Below, one piece after another: positions 38,109 to 51,955 of a DNA stretch of 64,000 nucleotides. The notes under the pieces are model-generated. The model was not told the DNA's origin, did not search any database, and worked only from the letters and a program-made list of their open reading frames with translations. The position numbers and the translations under genes were made by a program. The first letter of the stretch is position 1. Every line of letters begins with the position of its first letter. Source of the stretch: Lama glama (lineage: Eukaryota); the NCBI GenBank assembly GCA_028534125.1, contig CM052816.1:96164001-96228000 (forward strand), in the 5' to 3' direction.

Positions 38109-41100
38109 CTTGCCAGGTATTGGCTCCAATCCTAACAGATCACAGCCAAGCTCCAGGATTGGGTAGTAGCCCTCTGCTTCAGCATAGAGAATCTGACTGG
38201 TTCGAACACTGTAAAGGGCTTGACCAGTCACCTGAGAGTCCTATCCGCCCTTCCTTAGTTACCCCACCTGATTGGCTCCAGCTTCCTGGGGGTGTGGCCA
38301 AGCCCTCCTCCTTTGCCTGGGATTGGTTTGTGGGCCTTAAATTTATGTTCTTAGGAAAATAAAAAAGGCCATTATTCACTCTACCACAATGTCCTACCCC
38401 TAGACACACACCAATTTCTTTTTCTGATGATACTCAGAGCCATAGAGATCAAAATCGAATTCCTTCACACAAAACTGGATAAAGTTGTAACACGTGGCAA
38501 TCAATTGCCAACTCTGTCTAATTGAGACCTACTAAGAATGGATGATAAGAGGGACTGAGTGATGCTCATTTCAATTAATTGTAAAATTATAACAGAAATA
38601 CCCATTTGCAATCAAAATATCTTAGACATTGCATGTATCAAAAAATCACTAGTTCTTATTCTCATTCTTTTGGACTTATTTACTTGATAAAGCTCTTTCT
38701 CATCAAAGACAATAGTAATAGTCATGGTAATATTTCCTCAGCACATAAATAAACTGATTGTCCCTTAGAAGAGAGACGAATTCTTGAAGAAATAAATGGT
38801 GAAATCACAAATTGCTGTTTAATGCTGACTTATTTGTTTGATTTAAAAAGTTCAAGCAGGTGGCCGTAAAGTTATGACTATGTTGGGTATTAACAGGGAA
38901 ATGAATATATCAATAGTGTTCATTAAGTTCTCCTTGAACATTGTAGTACTATTATAAATAATGTTTCTTGAACAAAAGTATATCATCCTCTTACACATTT
39001 TATGTAAAATAACAGAGAAGTGCAACTGCTCAACTATATACCAGAAAACAAATTGTAATGTGCACTTCTCTCAGCTACAAATGAAAAGTTATGGAAATAA
39101 TGCTGAATAAGCCTCATAAAAAGGGATTTCCATATATTTTGAGGGCTGGCAAATAGATCAATATGTTTTGAAGTTGAAATAAAGTCAGTCTTTGTAGTGG
39201 TAGGATGCATCTCAGGAAGCAAGTGTTTATAACATGAATAATAAATAAATTCTGAGTGGTCCAGTGAGTATAAAATAATTCCCCGGTAAGCATCCATAAT
39301 TTGGGCTTTGTAAGTACTTTTGAACCTAGTGCACACATTCTAACTCAGAACTGTGGAGAAAAGGAATCAGCTACAACATACTGTTTGTTTTCATGAAGCT
39401 AGTTTCAGAGAAAAATATTGATGGAAAAGCTAAAACCAAACATTCATGTATGTACATTTATATTAACTATTAAGATGACAGTTCATTTAGAATGTCTTCA
39501 CTAGGATTGGGCCAGAACGTACAAGAATAGAACCCAAGCTGATGAGCCCAGTATAGGTGACCTTATGCTTCAAGCAGGGGAAACCTAAAACATACAATCT
39601 CAGGTGGGATAGTTCTCTTGAAAACACAAAAATATTTTTTAACAGCAATAAATAAGACTCCTAACCAAACAGAGAATAACAGGGTTTCCACATCTTTATT
39701 CTCATTTGTGCTGTGGCTGCTGGGGTCTTTTTTCTACTTCTGTCTCATGTTGGCTCAAAATGAAAAGCTTGGTCCTTATATTTATTACTTGTGAGATTCA
39801 GTCCCTTTAGAACCCTTTAAGTGTACTCCTAAAAGGAGTCTTGCCACATGGCTGGGAATCTCACTCCTGTACTAGGGCCAGAATTGTCTCTTCACTTTTC
39901 CCAGCGGATCTAGACTGTGATGGCTAGTAGTCAACTGCTCTGTGTAAGAACGCCTTGGTCAAAGCCATACTACAAGCTTAGCCTTGTGAAGAGATCCCCA
40001 AGACAGTGTTCATCATTCGAAGGTGTTTATCCTTCTAGTCGGTTGAGGTCCCACAGAGCATCTCATGCCAATATGCTGCTGTCTCTCTTTTTTTTATTTT
40101 TATTTTTATTTTGCAAGACCTCTTGTCATTGTCCTGTAAAGTTCTCAAATAGTGTTTAAAACTCAGCTTGGTCTTAAATTTTTCATGACTTTACATAATC
40201 AACTTATTCCTTTCAAAGCACTTCTCTACATCTGCAGAAGAAACGTCACCTCGGCTAACTGTCTCATTTTAATTTGGTTGTGATGTATCTACTTAGTTTC
40301 TAGCGAACGTCACAGTTCCTGTTGAACATTACAGATATTGTGGTGTTTGAATTGCATCATCTGTGATGGAGGAAATCATTGTATGTTTGAAAATAGGGCA
40401 TTAGTAGCAATAGTTTCCTGACCAAACACATTTGGGAAATAGTCAATTAGGGAGCTGGTCCTTGAGAAATCAGTCCACTCTGATGTCAACACTTGTAGCC
40501 CATGCTTGACTGGTTTTGAATTGGGTTATTTATATGTAAATACTTTAGCAAATTTATATATAAAAATAGTCACTTCTCTAGTAATTAGATTTTCCCCTAC
40601 ATTTAGGCTAACAAATTAGACCATACACCATTTTTCCAAATCAATCCCACTGGATCCATGAAAATCATTTCTTTGAAACCAGGAGCAGCTGTTCTCATTC
40701 ACCTTACCTTCCAGCAACAATTTCCTCGATGGCAACATTTTTGAAGTGGGGCAAGTTGTTTGGTACCTCAGTGTCTGACAATCATAATTCTAAATATTAG
40801 CCCAGCTATTATAATGTCCTTTGCTATTGGCCTTCTTCCTAATGCACTTTTTTTCACAAAATGACCTAGTGGGGCTCATTCATGTTCAGGAGTACAGTTA
40901 TTAGAACTCATTTTCTGTTACTTTGTTTTTCTCCATCCTTAGGTTCAATTCCAAGCTTTAAATTGCTTATCAATGATGCTTGGTTTCTTAGAACCAAATA
41001 TGTTTCCTGGAACGCCTGAATTCGAGCAGTGCTAAGGGATTTTATGCATTACGTATCTTTTAATTCTGTTATTTAAAGATTATTGGCATCAAGGTATGCT

Positions 41101-41729
41101 GTCTATAAAATTTTAAGGCATTGACAACCCTCAGTGAAATAACTTTTACTGTAACATTACCTGGCTTACCTGGTTTATTATACAGTGTGGAATCAATTGT
41201 CTGCTGTCATTTCAGATTTTACTCCAAATTAACTGAGATTCAAAGGTGACCTTATTTATTACTACTTAATTTGTATAAATCAGTATTATTTCAAAAGTAA
41301 GCAACTGAAACAGAATACAGACATGACTGGGTGCTGACGGCGCCGTGACTCGGCAGTCACTTGGCCTCATACTTTCCTAATAATTTCATGCTACAATCTT
41401 GCATTACAGTTATAACAGGAATCTAGTAAATATCACTTTTGCCTTCTTTTACCTGAGATTATGCATAAGAATTCACCTAACGAAGTGAGCCTACTGCTCA
41501 GAAAGTGGGAACATTCGTGCTCTCGTTCATCCTGCACCCTGCCTTGGATGCAGGGAAGTGTTTGGAAGAGGAACCCTGGAGGGACGTTGGCTGCAGAAAT
41601 TCAGTGTGTGGTTGTCCTGCTCAAGCAGCTCGAGGGCTCCAGAGACTCAGCTGCCCCTTCCATGTGGGGGAGCTTCATCTGGGCCCCTGGAGCCAGTTCC
41701 GGGGCTGCAGGTAGACAGTATATCACAGC

Positions 41730-42230
41730 ATTCATTCATCAGCAAGTGTACTGTTGAACAACGGAGTTCTTGCTGAGTGTGAAGCATGGTTCTAGGTGCT
41801 GGGGACCTAGAAGTGAACCAAGAGGACAGATGGACACCGCCTTCCTGTGGGGAGTGGGGAGGCCAGTTGCTGTCTTATAGGCGTGGCTATGTGGGTCCCA
41901 GTGAGAAGGTAACGCTTGAGCAAAGACCTTCAGGAGGCACAGGTCCCAGCCAGGTGATGTTCCAGAAAATGGAACCAGCAGGTGCACAAGCCACAAGGGT
42001 CAAGTCTGCATTGTCTGAGGAGCCGGACAGGGTGTGGGGGTGAGGGTTCCTAGGACATCAGACAGAGAGGAGTAAGTGACTGGATGTGGCAGAACATTCC
42101 AGATGGCTTTGGCTTCTGCTCCAGGTGAAGGACGGGCCCCTGGAGGGCTGTAGCAGAGGAGGGGTGGTATCTCCACATTTGTTTGAATAGTGCCACACTG
42201 CTGCTGTGGCTCGAGCAGGCTGTTTTCTGG
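41730..42230 (-). mobile_element. L2 LINE 3' fragment
   Basis: ttcattcatcagcaa ... ggttctaggtgctgggga..agaagtgaac ... tgagaaggtaacgcttgagcaaagacctt ... tggagggctgtagcagaggag. Confidence 0.75.
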
Positions 42231-42895
42231 GATTCAAGATGTATAATTCTGCAAAATCAGCCTAAGATTTTTAAGCCATACCCTGGCTGTACAGTCGTTA
42301 ACTACAGAGTTTCATGTGGTTAATCATGTCCCATTTAAAATCAATACTAGGACCATGAACAGGTGCAGAGGCTTTAGAAATGAATACATTCCATGACAGG
42401 GGAATCGATGGCTTTTATGATTAATTAGTATTTACTGAATGTCAACAGCTCTGAACTTAGACGTGCACACATTTCTGGGCTTGAGGTGTACATTTTTCTC
42501 AATCATAGGAGAGAAAAACACAGGAACCATGACAATCCATCATGAAGGTCACTTCCTTTGACAATTTCAGTGAAGGGAGAGTGGCTGAGACCCCAGGCTT
42601 CCATCCAAGTTACCGAATCTGAATCTTGGTGCCTTGCTTACTGTTTTGTGTCCTTATCCAGAACATTACAGTCATGGTACTTTCCACATAAAATCATAGG
42701 GAGACTTACAGGAGATACTTGTATAGAAAGCGCCTAGCTCCGTGGTTGCCACATCACAAAAGTTTTATAAATTGTTATAATTTATCAGTGTTTTGCCTAA
42801 GATTTGGCAACTAATTTGTGGTTGAGCAATGACCCTCATTAGTGTGCGGTCAGTTGTCAATCTCAGAATTCGTTGTGTCACGATGTCTGGCTGTC

Positions 42896-43335
42896 TGTAC
42901 TGTGTTGAACGGTGTCCCTCCCAAATTCACGTCCACCTAGATTCTCAGAATGTGACCTCATTTGGAAACAGAATCTTTGCAGATGTAATTAGTGAAGATA
43001 AGGTTTTACTGGACAGAATGGGCCCTAATTCAAAGACCAGCGTTTTTGTAAGAAGAGGGACATTTGGCCAAACAGAGACACACAGGGAGCAGAGCAGGTG
43101 ACGCAGAGGCAAGGACTGGGCTGATGCACCTCCAAGCCAAGGAACGCCAGGGGATGCCAGTGGCCACCAGAGTCCCAGAGACAAGCAGAGAAGGGATTCT
43201 CTCATGGAGACACCGGAAGGAATCAGCTCGACTGATTTTGGACTTCTAGCCTTGGAGACTGTGCAAATAAATGTTTGTTGCTTAAAGCCACCCAGTTTGT
43301 GGTGCTTTGTTACAGCAGCCTCGGAATCTAATACA
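42896..43335 (+). mobile_element. MaLR solo LTR (MLT1B/C-like), TG...CA, perfect 5-bp TSD CTGTC
   Basis: CTGTC at 42891-42895 and 43336-43340; cagaatgtgacctcatttggaaa..tttgcagatgtaatt ... ttaaagccacccagtttgtggt..ttgttacagcagcc. Confidence 0.92.
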
Positions 43336-46300
43336 CTGTCTGCTCAATTATAAAACAAAACAGCTCTCAATTTAAAAAGGCCAATTATAAAACACAAGTC
43401 CCAATGAACAGCTCCACTGGGCAGCGACCGAAGGAAGTTTGGTTTAATATCATTATTTCGTGGAAGAAAATCTTGGGCTTTCATATAAGGATTTAAAAAA
43501 TGGTAGAACACATTTTCACGGGACTCTCTAAGGTTAAGGTGTGTCTCTGATGTTGGATGACTCCAGATTCGTAAGCATCAAAAAACAGTAGTTAGAAGAT
43601 GTGGCTAACGTCCCCTTCGAATTCCCTGAGTTGGAGGCCACCAGTCAGAATGACAGGGACTTGCCTGTTTTCGCCATGACCGCAGATTCAAGTGTCCTGG
43701 AAACTACTATTAAAAGTGAATAAGGGCACCTAATATCTACTAAGGAGTCAAGGCTGACGGAAAGTTGGACAAATCCTTCCAAAGTGACTCAGCTGTTTAC
43801 CCCTTTGTGTCTTGTTTATTCAAGTCACATAAAAATCACAGTCGTTTCAAACTCCGACTCGTTCGCCTTTCGCTTCTCTTTTGAACACAGTCTCCCGTTC
43901 CCTGGCAATTTGTTTATCATCGCCATGACAATTTAACATTCTCGAGCATTTCACAGAAATCCATGACATGAGAATATGAATGCAGACATATAAAAAAAAG
44001 CCCTCAGGTGGTTGTTAATTTTTGGCACTGTGTAATTAAACCAGTTTTTTTTTTAATGTTATCTTTTGCCAGGATCTAATTAGCAAAGCCATCTGCTGAA
44101 AGAGTACTGGCCCATCTGCCTAGAATGTTGTTCTCTTCATTTTTATGAAAAGTAGCTGCCTTTGCTGGTCCCTGTCTAATTAACTTCTCTCGCTGCAGAA
44201 TGTGATAATCCACAGCTTTGTTTATATACTTCTGAGAACCGTGGATTATATGTATGTAACTTGTCCGTAAAAAGAGCCAGTGGTTTTTTTTTTTTTTTCA
44301 TTCTCGCGTCTGATTTACTCCTGAGATCAGAGCTCTGTTTATCAGAACCTGGGCGCATGTGTGCGTGGCAGGGAGGTGTGCTGTGTCATGAAACCACAGG
44401 TGCTTCTGGCATCGCCAGGGTGTCTGTGGGTACAAAGTGATTTTCTGTAAACCTATTATTTCCCTTTAGGTCTGTCTGTAGCTCTGTCACTTCCTGAAAG
44501 TTGATGGTGTTGTAAGTTGCAGTGTATCCCTGGATTCTGAGATGAACGCGGCTACCATAACACCACTGATGCTTCCTCAGATGTAGCGTGAGATTGTCTG
44601 GGCTGATGGAAGTCACTTATGTTTTATTGTAAACTAGTATCTGATGTGTGCAAATATTATCTGTATGTGTGTTTTTCTCTCTGTCACTCATTATCTATCC
44701 GTGTCTTGCACTTGGTGGGTATTTAGTGAATATTTATTAAATGGAAGAGAGAAGGATGAATGCGTGTCCATAAAGCAACACGTCTATAACTTGTTGAATA
44801 GCACCGATGTGATTTCTATTTACAGACAAAAAAAACTGTACCACAGACAAGAATCTTTGTGACTTTAAAATATAGACGTTTCAAACTCATTGCCTATTGT
44901 ACAGAGCTTTTGAAAATCCAAGGAACCACAATATTCCTGCTCCATGTCTCCGGTGGAAAGATACAATGAAGACTAAATACAGAATGAAGTAGCGAATTAA
45001 GATTCCTTTTCTCTAATGTGCTCTTGTGCAGTAGAAAAGGACAAAGGATGACAAAAACGAAAGATTAAAAAAAAGCAGAGACTCAGGAAATATGATCATG
45101 AGTGTCGTAGTGAGATCTGAAACATAGACGGTGGAAAGCCCTACCATTTGTTTGACTGCCGCAGAGATAGGTTAGAGCAGGTAGAAAAGGGCCATGAAAG
45201 GAATCAGCCAGAAAGATGGCTTCATAAATCAGTAGTGAGATTTGTTCCAAAATTATGATCCATGAAAGAATAACAAAGAATCTCCACTGAGAATAGAACG
45301 AGAAGTCTTGATTAAAGGAGTTTAATTGATTAGAACAAATCAGCTGGAATAAAGAAAAGTTATGACCAGGTTAAAACATAATCTGATTTCAGACAAAATA
45401 ACTGAGTAACTTTGAAAAATAAGATCTGGTACAGGAGAGTGTCCACTGATACTCATATTTCTCTCCGGTGACGTTTTTTTTTTTCCATTTCTGCCAAGTG
45501 ATCCAATAGGCGAAGTCTGGTTCGCTGAGTGAACAGAGACACGAGGAGATTAATCTGGAACACCCAACTTCAGGCCAGCCTGTGAAAGACACATGCCCAT
45601 CTCCATTCTTTTTCAAATGCTGTGATTCCCAGTCCTGTGCTCAGCCCTACAATCGGTGGTTCAGTTTCATTCTTAATATAATTTCCCTTCCTCCTGTCTT
45701 CTCGTGAGGTCGGAAGTGAGCCAACAGAACAGCTCTACACTCATGGTCTTTAATTAAGTCTGGATTTGAATATTATTGGAAAATCGGCGATACTGCAATA
45801 AAAATGCCTCAGGAAAGTAACTTTGCTACGTGAAATAACTGTCTTCAGAAAACTCTGTGGTCGAATAAACCGGTGTGAGCAGCTGCTCTTTCCTGGCACA
45901 TCGGACAAAGTGATGAAACATTTTTGAAGAGTCTCACATTTTCCTTCTGTTTTTTTTTTTTTTCCTTCCAATCCTTGGCCAATGTTTATCTTGAAAATGC
46001 AAAGGCTACTTTGACCTTAAGCAGATTGGGGAAGGTGATTGCCATTTCAGCAGAAGGATATGAACAATCTGATGGCATTTGAAAACTATTCTTCTTGTAA
46101 CCCTGGCACTAACTCTACTCCTTGGAGTCTTAAATTTACTGAAGAGACAATTACTATTTAACTTTTAACAAAATCACTAGACCAATGAGAGCCATTAGGA
46201 ATGCCTCTTTATCTAAAACAGTTTACTGTATAGTTTTCCTAGTAATTATACAGCACAAAGTGATAATGTAACACTAACTCCTCCTGATAATAACAAAATC

Positions 46301-46359
46301 CAAGTTATAATGGGGTCTGCTTTGCTAAAGAGTGTACCATGGTGTATCTGTTCTGTTTT

Positions 46360-46715
46360 TTTTTTTTTAGCTTTGTGAGATGTTTTATTTATTTTCTTTT
46401 TTTTTTAATTGAGGTATAGTCAGTTTACAATGTTGTGTTAATCAGAGAAATGCAAATCAAAACTACAATGAGGTATGACCCCATGCCAGTCAGAATGGCC
46501 GTCATTCAGAGGTCCACAGACGATAAATGTGGAGAAAAGGGAACCCTCCTGCACTGCTGGTGGGAATGTGGTTTGGTGCAGCCATTATAGAAAACAGTAT
46601 GGATAGTCCTCAAAAAACTAAAAATAAACTTACCCTACAACCCAGCAGTCCCACTCCTGGATATATATCCAGAAGGAACTTTAATTCAAAAAGACACATG
46701 CACCCCAATGTTCAA
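46360..46715 (-). mobile_element. L1 insertion with a 5' inversion (ORF2 piece on +, 46441-46714; 3' end on -, ~46383-46440) and a 9-bp TSD
   Basis: TTCTGTTTT at 46351-46359 and 46716-46724; the + segment matches the late-ORF2 region (atcagagaaatgcaaatcaaaac ... acatgcaccccaatgttca). Confidence 0.85.
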
Positions 46716-48448
46716 TTCTGTTTTGAATTTAAGTCAGGGCAAAGGCATGGCTATCTTTATTTAAATGAAAACCACAGAATGAGCTTTTACACAGAAATCT
46801 GTGAAAGGAAGGCACCGCTTCAGAATAACAGCCAAGCACTGGTTTTATCTGTGCTTCGTGGGGACATATAATTATGCAAAGCTCTCATCTCTTCCTCGGA
46901 GGTGTCATCACTCCTCATAAAAGCATCTGTCATTTTAGTAGGGAATTCAAGTCGTTTGTTTGCCTTCGATGCTGATTAGCTGTAACCTTATTGTTGCCAT
47001 TAAACATTATGAACAGCAAAACATCACGAGAAGAATTAACAGACTCTCTTATCAGATGTTGACACTGACGAAAATCTCTAAGTCTGCACAAGAGAAAACA
47101 GTCACAGTATTGTTTCTGTTTGAAAGACACTGGAGTGGTTCTCTGTAGAATACTTTTCTTACAGACTCATATTTAACAAGTGAAATAAGTTATGCAAGAT
47201 GTTTTGTTTTAGGTTTTAAACTCTGTTATGTAACATTCTTTGGAGAACAGTAGATGTTAGATAAGAGTGTTAACATGACTTTGTTATTTGCCTCAGTTTA
47301 TGAGAATTAAAAAAAAAAACCCTTAGTTTTAGAAGGGAGAGTGAAGCTGTTATTGTCTTTTGTAATAATTGACATTAGCATTTTTTTGGCTTAATTTAGT
47401 TTATTATGTAACATTAGTCCAAATTAACAGCAAATTGTCCCTTGCTTAAATTTTTTTCTGATAATGATCTAACTGGTTCTTCAGAAATCCTGAATTTTTC
47501 AGAAATCTAACTCTAATAATAAGACAAGACATAATTATAGTAACAGGTGGACAGAATGGAGAGATCATTTTTGCCCTATAAAAGCCCACATTCTATAAAA
47601 TAATAGAAAAGATACATTTCCCAGATGTTAAATCTGTTCAAAATATGACTCACAATCTCAGCATATTGGCCACTGATGTTTGCAGGCATCATTTCTTCCT
47701 GTGAAGTAAATGCTGTCTGTTGTCTTAACTAATGACAGGCCCATTTGTGAGTTCACGTCAGATGTGAAAGAACGCATGTCAAACTGATCAGTGTGAGTTT
47801 GATTTGGGAAGTATGAGAAAAAAAAAAAATGTAGAAGCCGTGACTCTGAGTGTTTAGGTAGAGCTAGTAACAGTATGGAAATGACCGGCCTTGGGAGGGA
47901 GGAGTAGACGGGCTCTTTGCATGAGCTGTTTATTTTATTGACTGTTCATCATTTATAGGTGCGTTTTGGGAGTAAGGATATGCAAAACCATCCCTGCTTC
48001 ATTATCTATGAATATTGCTAAATGAAAGACTATTAAAATAAGATATCCAAGTTTAAATGAGGATTTCGATCATTTTGTTTCAAGGCTTCTCTTTTAAGCA
48101 TCCTGTGAATCTATTCTGTGATTTCACGGAAGCAACTGCTTCTGTAAACAATGCAATGTCACCAGCTCGCTGCGCGTGCCTCTCTTGCAGTGACTCGTTT
48201 TAAATATCACATTATTATTGCATAAATGAAAATACTTAGGGGATGAATTCCTCTAAAATGCTTCCATTGTAAATATAAGCCCATATGACTGAATTTCATG
48301 TATTTGGTGTAAATTCTATATTAGTATGAAAATGTCGGTGCTGTGGTGTGCCCACGTGGTTGAAGGTCGTTTACAAATGCTTTGTTATTTTTTCCCTTTT
48401 ACTCAGTCAAAGCCCTGACAGTTGCTGTCATTTTGGTATTCCCTGCAG

Positions 48449-48511
48449 GCTGTGGAGTGGGAGTGTGATGAAACCACCAAGAAGGCCTGTTACAGCAAAG
48501 GCAAGTCCAAG
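48449..48511 (+). CDS. SEMA5A: SEMA5A internal coding exon (Sema domain), 63 nt, phase 0-0, AVEWECDETTKKACYSKGKSK
   Basis: Acceptor ttccctgcAG at 48447-48448 and donor GTAAGG at 48512. The translation matches recalled human SEMA5A AVEWECDEATKKACYSKGKSK and joins the next exon in frame. It is absent from the ORF track because it is too short. Confidence 0.97.
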
Positions 48512-50654
48512 GTAAGGAGGGTGACATTGTGAGTGGTCATCACCGTTTTGAAGCACTGTGGAAAGACTATTTTAGTATGAAGGCTATTCCTGATTACAAT
48601 GTCATGGAAACGGAAAACAAAACAAAAAGCAAGACTGAAAATATGTGCATAGTAAATTTTCAAGGTTTTAACATTAAAGTAAGATTAACAACAATCAGTT
48701 TCCAAAAAGGATTCAGAGCATACTAGTGGATTTAATTTGTACTCTTGATCATTGGAATAAGATACGAAATTTACTCTGAAATAAACAAAAAAAATAGTGA
48801 TTCCAAACTTTAAAAAATAAATTAAAAAGCACATTAAAAATATGAAATTAATTGGTTACAATATCATTTAGAAAAATATGGGTGATTTGAGATTTTTTTG
48901 AATAATTTATCTTAACATATTTTTAAAATAAGGGCTCTCTCTTTCTCCATATGAAGATCTGCATCCCCAAGTTCCTAAGGAAAGAGCAGATTATAGCTAA
49001 GGTTGGCAATGCACTTCTTGAGCAACTGTGCACATTGCAGGCCGATTTTCCCACAGTCGGTTGGTTGAGTAAGAGGCATGTGCCCTTTTCCTGTGGAAGT
49101 CTATGTTTCTGAGAAGAATCACGCTGGATCATCTCAAGGAAGTTCTTCTTCTGCAGCCTGTACAGAAGCTCATTAGGGTTCATCCTGTTAGTGATCGTCT
49201 TCCTTTATTGGAACGGGGGCCTTTCCAGTGTGAATCACACTTTGGATTCCAAGGAAGCAGAGGCACAGAGAACAGCAAAGAGCCTTGCTGTCCAGGGTGG
49301 TCCCAAGGCCAGGAGCTTGGGGAAAAACGTGGCAAAGGGAGAGGGTGTTCGTAAAAGATCCTCACACCGTCTGTGTTTGTGCAAGACTGTTACATGCTTT
49401 ATTTTCACTGCCTTTTCTCTGTCTTTTAACTCAATCATTCTGAGAGTGAGACATGGAGGCAGATCTTGGCAAACTTAGTCACTGAGTTTCCCAAAATTGA
49501 GTATAGAGAGCTACAAAGAAGGAAGTGGAGAAGGAAGGAAATGTGATCTTAGCCAGGGAAACCCTTGGAGACATTAAAAAAAAAAGGCAAAATTGATAAA
49601 GGCTATTTATTGAAAAATATTTGACCTCAGGGAGTGCCTCTGCGATAAATCATCAGAGACACAAGAAGATTTAAAGGTAGCACTGGGTTACAAAGAATCA
49701 GAATATTCTCTCTTAAAATACCTCCCCAAAATTAGTAAGTACGTCATACATTTATTTACTACTGTAACCTTACTGAATTGGTATAAACTGCAAACTTTTG
49801 AAAAAGTGCTTCCTATCGGGTTTTCCTCGCCTTCTGTGATGCTTACACATTTGATATGACATGTGTGTCCTGCGCTTGTGTTCCTCACGCTTGGAGCCCC
49901 TGGAGGTCTTCAAGTAAGACTGCCTGTACCGAGGGGTGAGATGTGGGGAAGCAGCTCTTCCTAGGGGTGGGGGTAGCAAAAAACATGTTTCCTTCTTTCC
50001 TCTGGCAGGAGCCACTGATGGGAAGCGTTGGCCTCTCTGGTTCTAGTGCTGCCACTGTCCCCTGTATCTGGCGACAGTGGCGCCTCCCAGGGCCCCTGGG
50101 CACTGTCTGAGGGCCTCATTCCGTCCATGCTCTCTGCCTGGTGCTTTCTCCTTTCTCTTCTCATCTTCATCTTCCTTCTGGGACTTTGGATCTTCCTTCT
50201 CCTCCTCCTCCCTTCTGTGCCTGTGAATGCACCAGGAAGCCATACTCCTCAGTTCGGGGAAGAATCTTTGTTGACACCTGTCTGTCTTGAGGCCTGTCTC
50301 AGAACATGTGTAGTTGGTAGTCCTGGGCCTCCTCCTCCTTCGTAGGCCCCCTCCTAGCCCTTCCCCACCCGCCTTCTCATCCCTCCACGCTGCCTCCCTC
50401 ACCAGCTCCCCCGCCTCACGTGTCCTCTCTCCTCAGGGATTCTGGCCTGACTTGCCCCACCCCACACCACATCCATTCTCAGTAGCCATCTGTATTTCCC
50501 AGTCTGGCTGCACTTTAATTACCCAGCCTCTACCCCTGAACTAGGAGCTGGGCCGGATGGGTTCTTGTTGAGCCCAGGACACGGCCTGTGGTGGGAGGTT
50601 TAACTCCACTCTCCTAAGGAGTGAGCGAACCCGTGCTGCTGCCCTCCCCCCCGG

Positions 50655-50833
50655 GACGTCTGGGGCAGGATCGCTCCTTCTGGTGGAGTCCGTCCCGTTC
50701 CTTGTGGGATGTTTAGCAGTGTGCCTGGCCTCTGCCTGCTGGATGCTACTGGCCTCACCCAGTCATGACAACCAAAATAATAACCAAAATGTTTCCAGAC
50801 ACTGCCAGGCAGTGACTTGGTTGAGAATCCTGG
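50655..50833 (-). mobile_element. MER20 DNA transposon
   Basis: gggatgtttagcag..cctggcctct..ctggatgc ... tgacaaccaaaa ... tttccagacactgcc ... ggttgagaatcctgg. Confidence 0.75.
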
Positions 50834-51043
50834 CTTGAATTCTCAAGAGGGTAAATTTGCTCTCCCTAAGGGCACTTTCATATTTCATCTAGATCACACT
50901 TATTTATTCATTTCATGGACTTTTCAACAATTTAACAGTTAATCCCATTCCTCTCTGTGGACCCCAATCTCCTTGTGTATTAAAGGAAAGCATTTGATTA
51001 CTTAATCCAGCCATGGTATCTCCTGCTAATGGTCTATGAGTCT

Positions 51044-51102
51044 GTGCTGTACACCAGAAATTGACACAACATTGTAAACTAACTATACTTTAATTAAAAA
51101 AA
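51044..51102 (+). mobile_element. Very short L1 3'-end insertion with a degenerate 16-bp TSD
   Basis: gctgtacaccagaaattgacacaacattgtaaact..aattaaaaaaaa; flanks AATGGTCTATGAGTCT (51028-51043) and AGTAGTCTCTGAGTCT (51103-51118). Confidence 0.8.
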
Positions 51103-51825
51103 AGTAGTCTCTGAGTCTATAATTTTAAAACAATGTATATGGTAGCCTTTTATGAGTAGATTAGCACTGCTTGGGGTGAAAAGTTGCTGCTGCTGAATCA
51201 GAATTGGCCCATATTTTGCCTTAAGCTTTGCTCATTGGTTGGTTGGTGCTTAGAAATTGAGCAAATAAAACCCAGGGAACACAGAGGAAAGGCCACCTTT
51301 CACACTCATTAAGAATATACATTTGATTCACAGAAGGGACAGATCATTATACACTTGTGTTTTCCTGATACACAGGAAGAAAATGAACACAGCAAACATT
51401 GTCAAAGAAAATCATACCTTTAAGTTCCACGTGTTTCTGGTTTGATTGGGCTAAGCATAGTGGCAAACCTCAGGAGTTATAAATTGATTCAAACTGCATT
51501 TGTGAATGGGATTTTTTTAAGATGAATATATAAAGACAGATGAAGATGGATTTCCAACCACGTGAGAAAGAGAAATCGCATGTTCTTCTAGGTTGCCAGA
51601 AGTGCATAGATGAACTCACATACGGTTTGGAAGAACCCATGCTTGGCTGAAATAGAATTCAGTTTAGAAGCCAGGCCATGTGTGATGAAGTTCATATGCA
51701 CAAAATGATGTGATCCGTTCACAAAGGCATCAGCCTAGGCAGCGCTGCAGGGCTGGTCCAGGGGCGACGGGAGCAGAGGGACCTCCAAGGCTCTTCATTC
51801 TCTTTCACTAGTTCCCATCTCTCTC

Positions 51826-51899
51826 TTTTTATTTATATTGAAATACAGTCGATTTGCAATGGTGTCTTAATTTCTGGTGTATAGCACAGTGATTCAGCT

Positions 51900-51934
<35 letters not shown>

Positions 51935-51955
51935 TCTTTTTCATATTCTTTATCA
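51826..51955 (-). mobile_element. Short L1 3'-end fragment with an internal (TA)n
   Basis: ttgaaatacagtcgatttgcaatggtgt..atttctggtgtatagcacagtgattcag, then (TA)n, then attctttttcatattctt. Confidence 0.8.

Larger units (their letters stand above)
1..48448 (+). other. SEMA5A: 3' portion of a very long SEMA5A intron (upstream exon lies outside the window)
   Basis: No exon encoding the preceding peptide (NYLFRLQLEDLSLIQ) was found in 1-48448. The sequence is repeat-rich and non-coding. Confidence 0.85.

Noticed and set aside
47959..47971. Possible 13-nt micro-exon (tag|GTGCGTTTTGGGA|gtaagg) with an upstream TGCATG
   Set aside because: Weak pyrimidine tract, frame-disrupting length and no supporting evidence; chance-level match.
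50051..50081. Hairpin GCCACTGTC...GACAGTGGC
   Set aside because: Only a 9-bp stem; too short for a pre-miRNA and expected by chance in 64 kb.
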